Counted from the stretch's first letter, positions 50,791 through 64,000 are shown. The stretch is DNA of 64,000 bases from Gekko japonicus (GCF_001447785.1 NW_015168709.1:124001-188000), one strand, 5' to 3'. Numbers and translations: made by a program. Notes: generated from the sequence alone by a model not told the origin.

Positions 50791-52956
50791 ATAAAGACCC
50801 ATGAAGCTCTTTGGAGGAAGGACATTGTATCCAAAACTTGAACCCAAGGGCTGGCTAACTATGCAGGAACCAGCTTTTCTGCCTTTGCAATACAATATGT
50901 AAGGAGAGAAGGTGCATGTGCCAAAAGTATCCCTCCTCACCATCCAGTAAAGAAACTGTAGCCTGTGTGGAATTTGGTAACTGTACTTAATCCTTCTTTT
51001 CTCTCTACTGTGTTACTGTTCTACTGTGGACTCTTATCTGGGAGGTTGGTGTGCTCTGTCCACACTGAATCTTGTTCATTAAAAACCTTCCTGTCTGTTT
51101 CACTCTATAAACACTTACTTGTTTTGTTGGTTTCTTTGTAAGAATTTCTCCTGGGGGGTCACTGACAGCTTAAATTGTTTGAAAGGGCTTCAACGATGTA
51201 GCCCCAAACTTTGCTGCTCTTGCCAGAGCTTAATTGCTTTGCCATGTCAGAGTACAATCAAAGGAAAGGAAAACACAGAGGAGGTGATAATCTGGTAATT
51301 GAGCAAACAGTTTCAGAGAAAAAGAAAGTTGATTATACATTCAAGAAGATTGTAACTAGAGTCTCTGTAATTGAGGCTAATGAAAGTGCAACTGGTTTTT
51401 AAAATTTGGAAGTATTAGAGGGCTGCCTGACGAAGTGTAGCACATTGTGCTGAGAAATTTACATGACATGGTTATTTTTACTGCAGGTGGTTTGGAGAAG
51501 AGAATTAATGAAGGCATAGCAGAAAGTTCTATGTTGAATAAACTAATACATTTATATTTCAGAAAATCTAAGTAAGTTACAGCATTTTGACCTCCCAAAG
51601 GTTTCTGGTGAAAGGTGTAAATCAAATGAGTTATCCAATAGTTCATTAAAAATGATCATTAAAATCTTTGTCCAATTCTGTGGTAACCCCAGAATACAGT
51701 TCAAGATTTCCCCCTATCCATTCATGTCCTTTTATCTGGCCCTGTTACTTCTCATCTACCCACTTACACCTAGACCAGTATTTTCCAGTAATCCCCTTTG
51801 AAATAAATAGGTCAACCATTTCACTAGTATGTGACTGCACATTAAGATTAGATCTTCTAAAACTAGCTCTTTGTTTGCCAGACCGTTTGAGCCCATTAAA
51901 GTCTGGTTCTGATTATGATTTAGGAAGGAAAAGATGCATCTCAGTCAAGATCTTCTCTAAACTGGGTAAGAAAACTGTGAGCAAAGTGTGGGTTATCTGT
52001 AGCTCTGAGTAATCTCTTTGAGCATGGGAAGAGGCGGAGTAGGAGTGAAAAAAATCTTTGAAGTGGAATTAATGGAACTGTCCAGCTTGGGGGATGCTGA
52101 TGTCATCCAAGGGATCTCTGACTGATAAGCGCCAGTAAATCTGATGAGTCACTGCTGCATAATATGAAGGACAAGAGAACACTGAATGCTTTCAAAGATA
52201 GCATCCTAATAAACAACCCAAAATAAATGGGTGTGCCTTTCCATCTTTCAAAGCAACACATGCTGATGCAGTCATGATGAAGCATAACAACAACTGAAGA
52301 GTCCTGTGACCCATTATTAGAATTGGCCTGACGTTTTATAGGTTGGTGGAGCAGCCACAGAAACTGTTAACAAACAAGGGCATCTGTTTTCCCAGCTGGT
52401 GTGCTGTCAACTGAAAACCAATGATATATTCACTAAAGCTTTTACACTCAGAGGGTGCTCTTACTTAAACCACTTACATGCTGGATAGATTCTTGCTTGT
52501 ATGAAATGAGTTATATGATCTTGTTTTAATGTTAGTAGCTGAATACTTAATTCTGGGAGGACTCCCCTCCCCCATTGCTTCAAAATGTCCTCCAAACTAG
52601 TTCTCAGAGTTGAATTTTGAAATATTGGGACGCAAAATACAATATTTTGATAGAAGTAAGGTGTTTGATTTGCTTTTGCTCTTATTGCACATAGAAATCA
52701 ATATTCTGACTATGAGTGCCCATAGAACAGATGTCAAACCCCTCTGTATCTCTACTTAGCAAAAACGTTCAATATATTAAAGGATGTCTATTTCAGTTTA
52801 GCTTCTGGCTATATTGCTATAAGAAGCACTCTTAATAATATGCTCTCCAAACTTCCTGGGTTAGCAAATACCACTTAGCCACTCCAGTAGTAAACATGAA
52901 TAAGGTGTATTTTCAGTGAAGTTTTTCCCTATGCCAAACAGAATCTGTTAGACAAT

Positions 52957-53399
52957 GGCCCCGGTCACACTAGGGGGAAAGGCATGGCTGAAGTGTGGCT
53001 TTTTAGAGCCACATCAAAAGAGAAGTGCGGCTGCGGGATCAGACAGATCCCCCCAGCCGCCGCTCAGTTCCTCCCCGGCATGATCAGATGCCAGGGGAAG
53101 CCACAGACCAGAGAGCGAGGCGAGCCCGCTGCGCAAGCGTGTGCATGCACAGTTCAGCAGAACCTCGCATGCTGCAGGAGAGACGGGCGCGTCGGCGATC
53201 AGACGCCCGCCCCTGCTGCGCGGCAACCAGTAGGTAGTACTCTTTTGGTGCTACCTTTTTGAGCCGAATCTTCGCCCGGAAGGGACGGATCGGGGACGGA
53301 TGCGCATCGCTTCCCAGATGTTGTGGTATGATCGTGCCCACTTGATGCGCCCCCGATCCGTCCCTCCCGCGGGGCAAATCCTCCCTTGTGACCGGGGTC
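52957..53399. mobile_element. PIF/Harbinger-type MITE
   Basis: TIRs GGCCCCGGTCACAC / TTGTGACCGGGGTC; TSD AAT (52954-52956, 53400-53402). Confidence 0.88.
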
Positions 53400-53761
53400 A
53401 ATATGCTGCATTGTTGTATATGCACCATTAACTTAATATCTTTAGTACAGGATAAGATATGACATTCTTACACTTTTTCTGTCTAGGAGTTTTTGAAAAG
53501 TACTTTGTCTGCCATTTAGCAGTAACAAAAATATTCAGCCTTAACAGATGGACCATATATGATCTCACTGCCTATTTGAATGCAATGGGTCTAGAAGGAA
53601 TTATTTTTCCCCCCTGCTTGCCCCAAATAGGGCAAGGTTTATTAAAAGTTTTACAAATAAACATTCACAAACAGTAACGCACACACAAAACACGTATCAA
53701 GTTTCTGGGATGAAAATATTTAGTTATATGTTTAAAATACTGATGTTCCAGCCTTTCTCTT

Positions 53762-53868
53762 TTTTTCTTTTTCTTTTTTTTAATTAAAAGTTTTAATAAC
53801 AACATACTACATCAAAAATACCAAAACCAAGCAGAGTATAAATACCAAACAGTAAACACTTTGCTTTA
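53762..53868 (-). mobile_element. 107-bp retroposed tail (extremely 5'-truncated LINE or mRNA 3' end)
   Basis: PolyT tract with a 14-bp TSD CCAGCCTTTCTCTT (53748-53761, 53869-53882). Confidence 0.8.
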
Positions 53869-53889
53869 CCAGCCTTTCTCTTGAGCATC

Positions 53890-54790
53890 CCAGGTCGCAA
53901 GGCAAGTAACAACGATGTAAAAAAAAAGCAATTTTATATATAAAAAAGTTAAAAACAACACGTTAAAAACAACATTGAAAACTTATGACCCCATTCCAGG
54001 TTCAAGCTGCCCCAAAAGCTCTTTAGAACAGCAGTGTTATGCAACCTCACCAAAAACCTGGAGGGTAGGAGCCCTCCATAGGAGGCTGTCCCAGAGGTGG
54101 ACCATGGTAGAATGTGCCTTAGACACTGATAATAGACTTTGCTGGGATGAATGGAGCAGCCACACGGGAACATGCAGGGAGAGGCGATCTTTCAGTTAAG
54201 TGGGTTTCGGGTCATGTAGGGCTCTCAGTGAGAGAAGCAACATGTAGAATTAGATCCCAAAACTAATTGGATGCCAGTGAAATGATCTTAGAATAGGACA
54301 TGGTCCTAGATGACTCCTGGTAACAGACAAGCTGCTACATTTTGCACCAGTTGCAGCTTCCAAATTGTCATCAAGAGCAGCCCTATATAGAGTATGTGAT
54401 AGTAAACTAGCCTCAAAGTAGCTGAAGCATGAATCAACATGGCTAGATCAGGCAAACAGGAAGAACATTTCCTAATTGCTGCAGATAACAAAAAGAATTT
54501 CTGGTTTCATGGACACCTGTTTCTTCAACAGGAAACCAGGATGCAAAAAGTTCCTATTCTTCTTTCAGTAAAAGCTGCACCTTATTGATGATAGGCAGAA
54601 CAATCTCGTTTAAGCCAGTAGCTCTTTCAGCCAGTATAATCTACTTCCTATATGGTTTAACTTCAGTTTGCTCTTCCTCAGCCACTTGACCACCACATTC
54701 AGACACTGGTCCAGAACAGAGGCAATAGCTGCTGGTGGCTTTTTCAGGATACTGTGTAGGTGGGTATCATCAGCATATCGATGCCCACCT
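53890..54790 (-). mobile_element. L2 LINE remnant
   Basis: DLAMLIHASATLRLVYYHILYIGL..KLQLVQNVAACLL. Confidence 0.75.
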
Positions 54791-57443
54791 ACTCCAAAAA
54801 TTTGGGTGATTTATTTATTTACCTGTTTATCAAAGTATTCCACCTTTCCTCTTGGCTCTAGAGCTGTCTCGTTAAGGGGCCTCACATAGATTTTTTAAAA
54901 ATTAAGCATATATTCTCAAATTTGAAATAGCAAAAGTTGGAACACACATAACCAAGGGGTATGGGTCTTCTCTCTGGGCTTATTTACTTTTGTGCCTGAA
55001 AATACTATCCCAGTAAGTCCTAGTAGATAAGAGGACTTCCAATTCGTGAGAAAATCCTGATGAGACCATCCTTGTTTTGATTGTCTTCTTTTTTGAACTC
55101 AGAGCATATTTTTAATCCTACTGGAAGTTGACATTCAGTTCGTATGGGCATAAGCTGTATCCTTAATTATTGTGCTAACCTCATCCCAAAGGTATGTAAG
55201 GTTGACACAGTTATTAACAAAACAAATGGTGGACCTGTCCTGCACGTAATTGTGGGGGGTATCACATTTCCCCATCCACCATTATTTCCTGTTCCTCTTC
55301 CCTGAAAGCAACCAGTTCCTTATTCAAATCTCCTTAGAAATAGAGGCCTCTTGGAGGCACTCCAAATAGAAGGATGTGGGGCCAGAACCAGTGTTTGGAC
55401 TGGGCAGTGCTGTATGTCTCCTTGCAGAGGACAGTCCCCAAAGTGTGGTGATGTGTCATTTGGGGTGGTTCAAAAATTGGTTGGTGCAGCCAGGGCCCAG
55501 TGTCTGCCTGTGCGATTGTCTTGGGGGCACCGCACTTTGGAGCAGCTGGTACAAGAACTGTGCTTTGGACCAGGAAACAGGATATATCTTCTTGAAGGGG
55601 AGAGTCCCCTGAATCTGGGGGTATATAATATGTGGTGTTCCTGACCTTATTTTGGGGTTCAGAGCTTTCCAACTATCCTCAGTGTTTGTGGATGAATTCA
55701 TGAGTAAGTCACGAATAAGGAATGAATAAGGAACTGCGAATAAGGAACCAACTTCAGCCTCCTCCAACCTACCTTTTGTCTCCTCCATCTTTAGCTGTGT
55801 TTATTATTTACTTCATTTACACCCCACCTTTCTCTACAATGGAGACCCCCAAAGCAGCTTACATTGTTGTCTGCTCCTCCATTTTATCTTCACAACAACC
55901 CAGTGCGGTAAGTTAGACTGAGAATGTGTAACTGGCCCAAGGTCTTCCATGGCACAGTCAGGATTCAAGCTTGGGTCTCCCAGATCCTAGACTGAAACTC
56001 TAACCACTACAAATACTGGCTTTCATGGGGTGGTTGCTGCTGAACAGTAGCAAGCAGCCAGTCCTGGGTGAGTCATGCAAGTTGTGTGGTATCAGGTTTT
56101 TTAGTCATTGTTGCTGGGCCTGGCCCCAAAGAGTTCTCCCTCAAAGGACAAAAGAGCCCTGAAAAGTGCCCTCCCCCCTTTACTGACAGAAACCAAGGTT
56201 TTTAAACTGCAATACTGGTGTGGTTGCCTAGCAACAGCCACTGACGACATTCATTTCTTAACTGTTCATATGGTGCTTTTATTATTTTCTAGGATTTTAA
56301 CTCCCCAATGTATTTTTAAGGGTTCAAATTATTTTGCAAACCTGGGGCATTTTTCAGGTTTGTAGTTAATGACTCAAATCTCTGGATTAAATATCCACAG
56401 ATTTGGCCATGTTGGGAAAAGTGGGGAGGGGGCCGCATGGACTTGTGGGGAGTATTTCATTGTCCCTTCCCCCAATATTTCCTCTTTTCCTTCCCTGAAA
56501 GCCACACAGCCTTTTCCTGCCTCCTGCTCTACATCTCACCTACCAGCCAATCTACCTTTTGTCTCCCCCATCTTCAGCTATATTTATTATTTATTTACTG
56601 CATTTATATTGCCACTTTATCCACAGTGGGGACCCAAAGCAGCTTAAATAATTTTATCTTGACAACTACCCTGTGAGGTAGGTTAGGCTGAGAGTGTGTG
56701 ACTCGCCCAAGGTCACTCAGTGAGCTTCCACAGTATAGTGGGGATCAGAATTTAGGTCTCCTAGATCCTAATCTGAAACTCTAACCACTACAATAGACAG
56801 GCATTTGTGGGGTGGCTGCTGTTGGATAGTAGTGATCAACTGGACTTGGATGAGTCATATGAGCTGCATGATATCAAGTTGCCTGGTGGTTGCTGCCAGG
56901 TCTGGCCCCTATGAGTCCTCTCTCAAAGGTCAAAACAGCCCTAGAAAGAGGCCTGACCTCTACCCCCGCCCTTTCCTGACAGAAACCAAGGCTTGAAGGC
57001 TAGCAATACTGTTGTGCTTGTCTAACAAGCTGCAGGCACTCCTTTTATGGGGGGGTTAACTTCTCAATGTATTTTTCTTAGATTTCAGAATTTTCTACAA
57101 ACTTGGTGCTTTTTTCAGGTTTGCAGAAAAATCTTTCTTCTCTGTCCATGACCCCAAACTCTGGATTTAAGTATCCACCAATGGGATCATGTGGACAATT
57201 AGATACATTGATTATTACTGTATGCCCATTTTTGCTGTTTTCCCCCCCAAAAGGGCTAACAAATCTTGTTGGCTCAACATAACAAATTGACTGTTAGTGT
57301 CCCTGTATTACAAACACAGGGAAAATACTGGCCTTTAGTCCCACACACGTGAAACCAATGAGTTTTTGTTTCAAGTATATGTGTGCAAAACTAAGACTCT
57401 GAATATCTAACCTGCAGATTCTCAAATGAAAACCATTCAAACA

Positions 57444-57630
57444 TATGTTGTTGAAGGCTTTCACTGCCAGAGTTAATTAGTTGTTGTAGATTTTCCGGAC
57501 AATATGGCCGTGGTCTTGGCATTGTAGTACCTGATGTTTCACCAGCAGCTGTGACTGGCATCCTCAGAGGTATAACACAGAAAGATGGAATACCAAGACC
57601 ACGGCCATACAGCCCGGAAAATCTACAGCA
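57444..57630 (-). mobile_element. Penelope-like pLTR with inverted partial repeat
   Basis: TGTAGATTTTCCGG..GGCCGTGGTCTTGG is inverted as CCAAGACCACGGCC..CCGGAAAATCTACA and encloses a hammerhead. Confidence 0.85.
57528..57572 (-). ncRNA. Minimal type I hammerhead ribozyme of a Penelope-like element
   Basis: Minus strand TACCT-CTGAGGA-T-GCCAG..CTGGT-GAAA-CA-TC-AGGTA. Confidence 0.75.
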
Positions 57631-59957
57631 GGGGTGGCTAAATTGCAGCTCTTTCACACAGGCTTTCATGGCCAGAGTTCATGTCGTATGAGAACCAACT
57701 ATAATCCTTGCTTGAGCCCTGCAAAATACATTCTAAAGGAGTGATTGTGTTAGTCTCTTGCAGCAAAAAAAGAACCTTGTGGATCTAGGACAAGCTTTCA
57801 TAGGTAAGAGCCAAGATCCATTGAGAAGCCCATATTTAAGGGCTGGATCAAAGGTTAATTGGGGCCTCAACAGAGTATACAGCAAAATATCCCATACATT
57901 CCATGAATTGATGAATTGCAATGAGTGATCAAAAGGCTAACTGTGATGAATCCAATTTGATGGAATAATGCAAATGCTAAAGAGCCAGCAGTTGTCATGT
58001 GTGTTTTTCATGGCAACAAAATTGATTACTAGTTAACATTTTTCTGAGCTTTCCCTGTAGCAACTGATGTATAGGCAATGTTTGTGCTCTCTGAATTTAT
58101 CCATAATTCCCCTCCAAACATCTGTTTCCTCCTGTTTTCCCAACAGTATTCTTTGTGTCCTGGGAGCTACAATTATATTCACTAGGGTGCTGAGTGCAGG
58201 AGGCATACCTGTTTTCTATATCATTGAAGACCCATCAATGAATAACAACAGCATTGTTTTGCACATTAATTGGGACATTAAAGTGCCCATTAACATCCCA
58301 TTAGAGCTGTTAACGAGCGTTTTAGCCCAATGTGCCTTTCAGCTCCCTCTGCTACCACCTCTGTCATCACTTGCTAAGTGCCAATGGTTATAATAACAAA
58401 GGCTTTATGAAATTCTGATACATGTCGGGTTTTTTGCAGGAATATGTCATTTGGTCCTGAATGAGGACTGGAGTTGTGAGGGAGCAATCCCTGTGCAATC
58501 AGGGCAGGGCATTCAAGGAAGACTGGTCCCAAGGTTTCTTGTGGGGTGGTGAAAAGGTCAAAGCAAGAATTTGGCCAGAACTACTTTCAATCTTATCTCT
58601 TCCAGTTTGTTCAAGCAGCTCCTTAATAGGGAGACTCTGCAGAGGATGAAAGGCACTCCCAAGTCATCCTTGTTCTTCTTTTTGTAGAAAGAAATGAGTA
58701 TTGATTACACCTAGCAACGTTATCAGGATTCTGGGCATAAGCCTTCCACATTTGATTTCAAAGTGCTCCTTTAAATGAATGCCAAAATGTCTAAATAAAG
58801 TGCCTAAAGCTGAGAGCCTGTGGGATACTAGATTAGGTTGTTGAATTTAGAAAGCAATGGGATTTGTGGTTTAATCTTTCCTAGTGTCACTGTATTCAAA
58901 TACATTCTGGGGCTGATGAAAGGCCTTGAGTTCTTTTACACTTCTCTTGTATATATCATAAGAATAGCACTCACTCACTGGTTGAAGCACCAGCCATAGA
59001 TTCTTCCACACACCCCCACTGTGGAAGCGATTCACACATCACTTGATTTCTCATCACTTGATTGCAGCAGAATGTTTGAACTGATCCCATGTAGGGATTT
59101 ACTCCATCTATAGCAAGATAAGTTGTGGTGAAACAATTACTGAGCATTGTACCATGAGCCAGGTAGTAATTTGGCACTGAACTTCCAGAAGATTCAAACT
59201 GGCCAGGCAAATCAATTTCCCACAAATGAAAAATAAGCAGTAAACAAAGGGCCATATGGAGTGTTTATTTGAATTGCTGAATGTATTGGTTATTAGCACA
59301 TGGTCACCTCAGCATGGATCAAGCAATTTTGTTCCCTGTATTACTGAAAGCCTTTAGTTTGAATGTTTGTGCTGGTAGGAAGCACACTGCCCAATGCATA
59401 TTCTATATGGTAAACCACTACATTAACCATTTATCACTGAAAGGAGATGTACATGGATGCCAGTTATAAGTTATATTTTTTTATGATGAGTGTGGTTGCC
59501 AAATATAGTAGGGTTCAGGGGAGAGATGGATTCATTGACTTTTCTGAACCCATCTCTTCCCCACTAAATAGAGTTGGCTGCCACAAGTGGCATGCCTTAT
59601 AACCACGTGTTGATAGTCATCATGTGTAGCAATTTAAAACTTACACATAAACAGTTCATGATGTGGTGACAGCCATTATGCAAAGGGATGGAAAACAGCC
59701 TCCATGGAACAACCTCAACATCTAAAGGGCCCACATTTGAATGAAGTGGGGAGGTTCTTGTTTCTTTATTACTCATTGCTTGTAGTATAAATTCATGTCC
59801 CATGTTTGTTATTGAGCTTTCAGAGATTAATCATCACAGATGGAGCATTGTCTACTCAAATGCAATGGCTTTTAGAGTTTATATATTTAACCCAGAGCCT
59901 TTGAATGATGAGGGGTGAAATGGTCTGTGAACTAGCCTCTAGAATAATGTCAAGATT

Positions 59958-60054
59958 AATAGTGGTATGTCTGATTGCTCTGGGCTGATCCTGCATTGAG
60001 CAGGGGGTTGGACTAGATGGCCTGTATGGACCCTCTCAACTCTGTGATTCTGTG
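59958..60054 (+). mobile_element. CR1 3' end
   Basis: GAGCAGGGGGTTGGACTAGATGG..CTCTGTGATTCTGTGA tail. Confidence 0.85.
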
Positions 60055-60224
60055 AATAAGCACTGAAAGTTCTTGGCTGGAACTAGTGGGTGAAAATGTC
60101 CAGCGAATAACTTTAAAACAAATGTCCGAGTGCATGCATGCTACCCCTTCCACTTCTGTGCCCTGTGGAACTATATGAGGAAATCCCTGTTAAGCATGTG
60201 GAGTGGCAGACCAGATGAGCCTTA

Positions 60225-60346
60225 GGCTGCGGTCACACACACTAAATAATCCACTTTCAGTGCACTTTCAATGCACTTTCCAACTGGATTTTGCCAGTTC
60301 TGGAAGTGAATTGAAAGTGGACTATTTTGTGTGTGTGACCGCAGCC
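60225..60346. mobile_element. Short palindromic Harbinger-type MITE
   Basis: GGCTGCGGTCACACAC / GTGTGTGACCGCAGCC; TSD TTA. Confidence 0.9.
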
Positions 60347-60823
60347 TTAGTGTAGCGTTGCTAAGACAGAAGGCAGCACCAGCAGGTGAACTCTGAAGCC
60401 CATTCACAGTATAGGAAGGAAGGACAGAGGTCATGAATGAGGGAGGTCACAGAGAGGGGAGGCAAGGGTCACTGTTGGATGGGAAGCGAAGCAGGCACTA
60501 GAGAGTGGGCTGTAGAGACTACAGGGAAAATAAAATAGAGAATGTAGCAGAGAAAATAAGAAGTAAATGTAGTGAAAAGAGGCAATGAAGGAACAACAAA
60601 TGATTAAAAGGCTAGAGTAACAGTTGTATTAAATGTCTGAGAAAGCAAATAGGTGTTATTATAACCTAGCACATTTGGTTGATTTTAATCTATAATTCAT
60701 CAGCAGAGTAGAGGCTTAGAGTGCCAAAGGACTCATTAAGGATTGATTTTTTAGGGTTCTGTTTTAGGAGGCCATTAAATCTGTTGTAAAGTCCTTGTAA
60801 ATTTGAGCAACCCTGGCTAGCAC

Positions 60824-61029
60824 CAATGTTCTCTCTAAGCTATGGAGTCTTGTGAGCACAAATTCTGCTTTGTGAGCTACTGGCATTAAAGTTGTGAGCG
60901 AGTGATTTGGCTGCTGTATGAATGAGTTTGCTCTGGAGCCATCCTTCCTGAGCTAAGACAAAAATGTGTGAGCCAGAGGCTTAAAAACTGTGAGCTAGCT
61001 CACACTAACTCAGCTTAGAGGGAACACTG
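60824..61029. mobile_element. hAT-type MITE (CAGTGTTCCCTCTAAG family, inverted)
   Basis: 8-bp TSD GCTAGCAC. Confidence 0.92.
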
Positions 61030-62594
61030 GCTAGCACCTAATTTACTTAAAGGTGTTTCCGCAGAAAAAGACTATAGAGATAGATAGGACCAAGGGCTCT
61101 CTTCTGTCCTGCTTTCCCTTCAAGCAAAATCAAGAGAAGTGGCAGCAGTCTATCTGGCAGGCAGTGTCATGTTTTCACCAGGTCAGCAGCACCACAAAAG
61201 GGACGCAAAATTAAACTCTAAGGAAAGCTCTAAAGGCACTGGCAGTTTGGATGAGCACAGCTTACATAATTCCCTTTAAAATCCCTTCGGCCTTGCATTT
61301 GACTTCTCTCTCATGCCTGTATTCATTTATCTGTTCATTTGTCAGTGGCTTATTGTAGCTGCCTTTGACCCTCCTAAAGAGCATGCATCTCATTTTCAAG
61401 CACAACAACAGACTGTGATCCTCTCCTTCGAATTTTGAACATCTTAGAATTGACCTTTTAGTGGAATACTCGGGTAGCGAACTGGCTGGGAAGATGTTGC
61501 AGCACCAAGCGCTTTTGTGGCCACCAAAGCAAAGGAACAAGCGTCCTTTATCAATGAGAAAAAGATGAAATGTTTGCTCTGTAATGTTCTGCTGTAATTT
61601 GTTGTATTGAAACTTTACTATGCGCAGGTATTTAGTATTATCGGCTTAGATTTAGAAGGTATATTACTGTGGAAACATTCTGTCTTTATTGCCCATTTTG
61701 AATGAAAAGGCATAACATAGTAATCAAGAAACCGAACCGTGATTCAGGAGGTCACTGGTTTAAATGTAATATAAGCCATTTAGGAATAATAATCTAACCT
61801 ATTTTTCAGGTCACCTCCAAGCAGCTGGGGAATGGCAGTGGACTTTCTAGTAGAGAAGAGCAGGTGGGAGAGGGCTGCCTTCCTCTGTCAGCCTCTTTCC
61901 CCCAGGACCCCTGCCACCTGCCCATTCGTTGGGTGCAAATAGTACAAAATGGTCTGTTGAGGAGGATGGGTGGGTGTATTCCAAAGGAATTTCTTTACCA
62001 CCATTTCCCAAGTGTTCAGTGGTAGCCCAGGTTTTTGGACCATGGCTGCTCCTGAACATGTAGTTTATTTATTTTTATTTATCTATTTGGCGTCTAGCCT
62101 GCCCTCCCCCACAAGCCAGGCTCAGGGCGGGTGACAACAGTATATAAACAACATAAAACAACCAATCAAAACATAACAAACTATCTCAATTTATACTAGT
62201 TAGATCTTTGAATGCATTCATACAGTACCACCATCGTTAAGCAATTAAATAGACACTGCTAGTGCTTTATATTGAGTTGTTTTATAATTGAACTGTTTTT
62301 AGATGATTTTATGAGAAATGTAACTGTTATTTATGCATTTACTTTTCTGTAAGCCACCCTGAGCCTGCCTCAGTGGGGAGGGCGGGGTATACATTGAATA
62401 AAATAAATAAATAAATGCTAATAAACTACTGTCACCAATAATTCATCTGCTCCTGGAGGCTCCCTATATGTGTGCAATCGGGGGGAGGTCAGTTTATTTA
62501 TTTTTTATTTATCTATTTGGCGTCTAGCCCGCCCTCCCCCACAAGCCAGGCTCAGGGTGGGTTACAACAGTATATAAACAACATAAAACAACCA

Positions 62595-62867
62595 GCCAGT
62601 TTGGTGTAGTGGTTAAGTGTCTGGACTCTAATCTGGGAGAACTGGGTTTGATTCCCCACTCCTCCACTTGCACCTGCTGATGTGACCTTGGGTCAGTCAC
62701 AAGCTCTGGCACAGCTGTCCTTGAAAAAGAGCAGTTTATGTCAGAATTCTCTCAGCCCCACCCACCTCACAGGATGTCTGTTGTAGGGAGGGGAAGGAGT
62801 TTGTAAGCCGCTCTGAGACTCCAAGTGAAGGGCGGGGTATAAATCCAATCTCCTTCTCTTCTCCTTC
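62595..62867 (+). mobile_element. tRNA-derived SINE (Squam3-like) inside an L2 3' end (62491-~63195, minus)
   Basis: Close paralog of 3135-3400. Confidence 0.85.
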
Positions 62868-63859
62868 TGCTTAAAAACCACTAGGGGGCCGGGCCCCATG
62901 GGCCCTGTGGTAGCTACAGGCCTGCACCTCAGCCATAGGCCTGGTGGAACATCTCCATTCTGCAGGCCCTGCAGAACTGCAATAAGTCCTACAGGGCCCA
63001 GTTCTCACTCAAGAGACTGTTCCACCAGCCCAGTGCCAGAGCTGAAAAAGCTCTAACTCTGGTTGAGGCTATGCGGACATCCTTCAGGCTGGGCATCACC
63101 AGTAGATGTTCTATAGAGTGTGATGCTCTTTGGGGGACGTATTGGGAGAGACGGTCCTGAAGGTATGTTGGTCCCAGACTGCATAGGGCTTTTGTTCTGG
63201 ACCATGGACTAAGAGCTGAAGAATCAGGCCTGTAGTCAGGATTTTTTATTCTGGGGGGGATGCTGGTGCCAGGGGGGCTTAATTTGTCAAGGGGAAGAGA
63301 GGAAGACTGTGGGTCAGCCTTATTGCCAGCCAAGTGCCACTGTGGTGCGACACCAGAGAGGGGGGTTTAAACTTTAACCCCCCCTCTCTGCTCAGCTGGC
63401 TGGTGGGGGAAGAGAGGGGGCCATGTGGCCTCTGTTGCCAGCTGTTGAGTCGTCTTCTTGCTAGCAAGCAGGGAGAAGACTCCGCTGACAAGGGAGGAGG
63501 GAAGTCTTGTGGGGCTGTCCCTTTAAGGAAGGGGGCAGAGCCCCCAATAGCCCCACCGTAGCTTTGGGCCAGTGAAGAATTATACTTTTCTCCATAGCAG
63601 GAAAGCAAGGTAGTGATGCATTACAAGATTTCAGTATTTCTCCTTCTCATGCCTTGCAGAGCACTAGGGGCAATAGATGCAGAGAAAGAGAAGATAAAGA
63701 GAGTATCCCTGCCGGAGTTCTTGGAGAGCCCAGGCCAACCTGGAGCGAGAAGCCTGGACTAGAAGGAACAATAGACTGGCAGTATAAGAAAGTTTAGAGG
63801 TCTTGGGGGGTAGGAATTCTATAGTTTCTGGAGCAGCTACACCATTTCTTCTTCTTGCA

Positions 63860-63990
63860 TTGTTGGTCTTAAAAGTGCCACTGGACTTTGATTCATTTGG
63901 GTAGCCCTGTTGGTCTGAAGCAACAGAACAAAATTCTACTCCAGTGGCACCTTTAAGACCAACAAGGTTTTATTCAAGGTATAAACTTCC
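63860..63990. mobile_element. Penelope-like pLTR fragments in inverted arrangement
   Basis: GTTGGTCTTAAAAGTGCCACTGG / CCAGTGGCACCTTTAAGACCAAC. Confidence 0.7.
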
Positions 63991-64000
63991 ATACCCCCAC

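Overview
Vertebrate genomic DNA, almost certainly a squamate reptile and probably a gecko-type lizard (Sauria SINEs, tRNA-derived Squam3-like SINEs, CR1/L2/L1/R4 LINEs, Penelope pLTRs, hAT and Harbinger MITEs). It looks like a repeat-rich intron or intergenic region with three N gaps. I found no intact host exon; nearly all ORF-track entries are spurious or repeat-derived. The main finding is a non-autonomous hAT-type DNA transposon (31108-~32654) that appears to have captured the 5' end of GLUD1: Kozak context, dead start codon ATT, mitochondrial presequence and DPNFxKMVEGFFDRGAS. A cargo-free sibling with an 8-bp TSD lies 8 kb away (40135-40552), so this resembles Pack-TIR gene capture. Other findings: two minimal type I hammerhead ribozymes (17090-17131 +, 57528-57572 -); a young Harbinger MITE family with variable 3-bp TSDs inside a palindromic AC-NNN-GT target; a possible decayed nanos zinc finger; a templated inverted insertion; local duplications; and CTCF-like sites. 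Family names come from my recognition of motifs, not from database searches.
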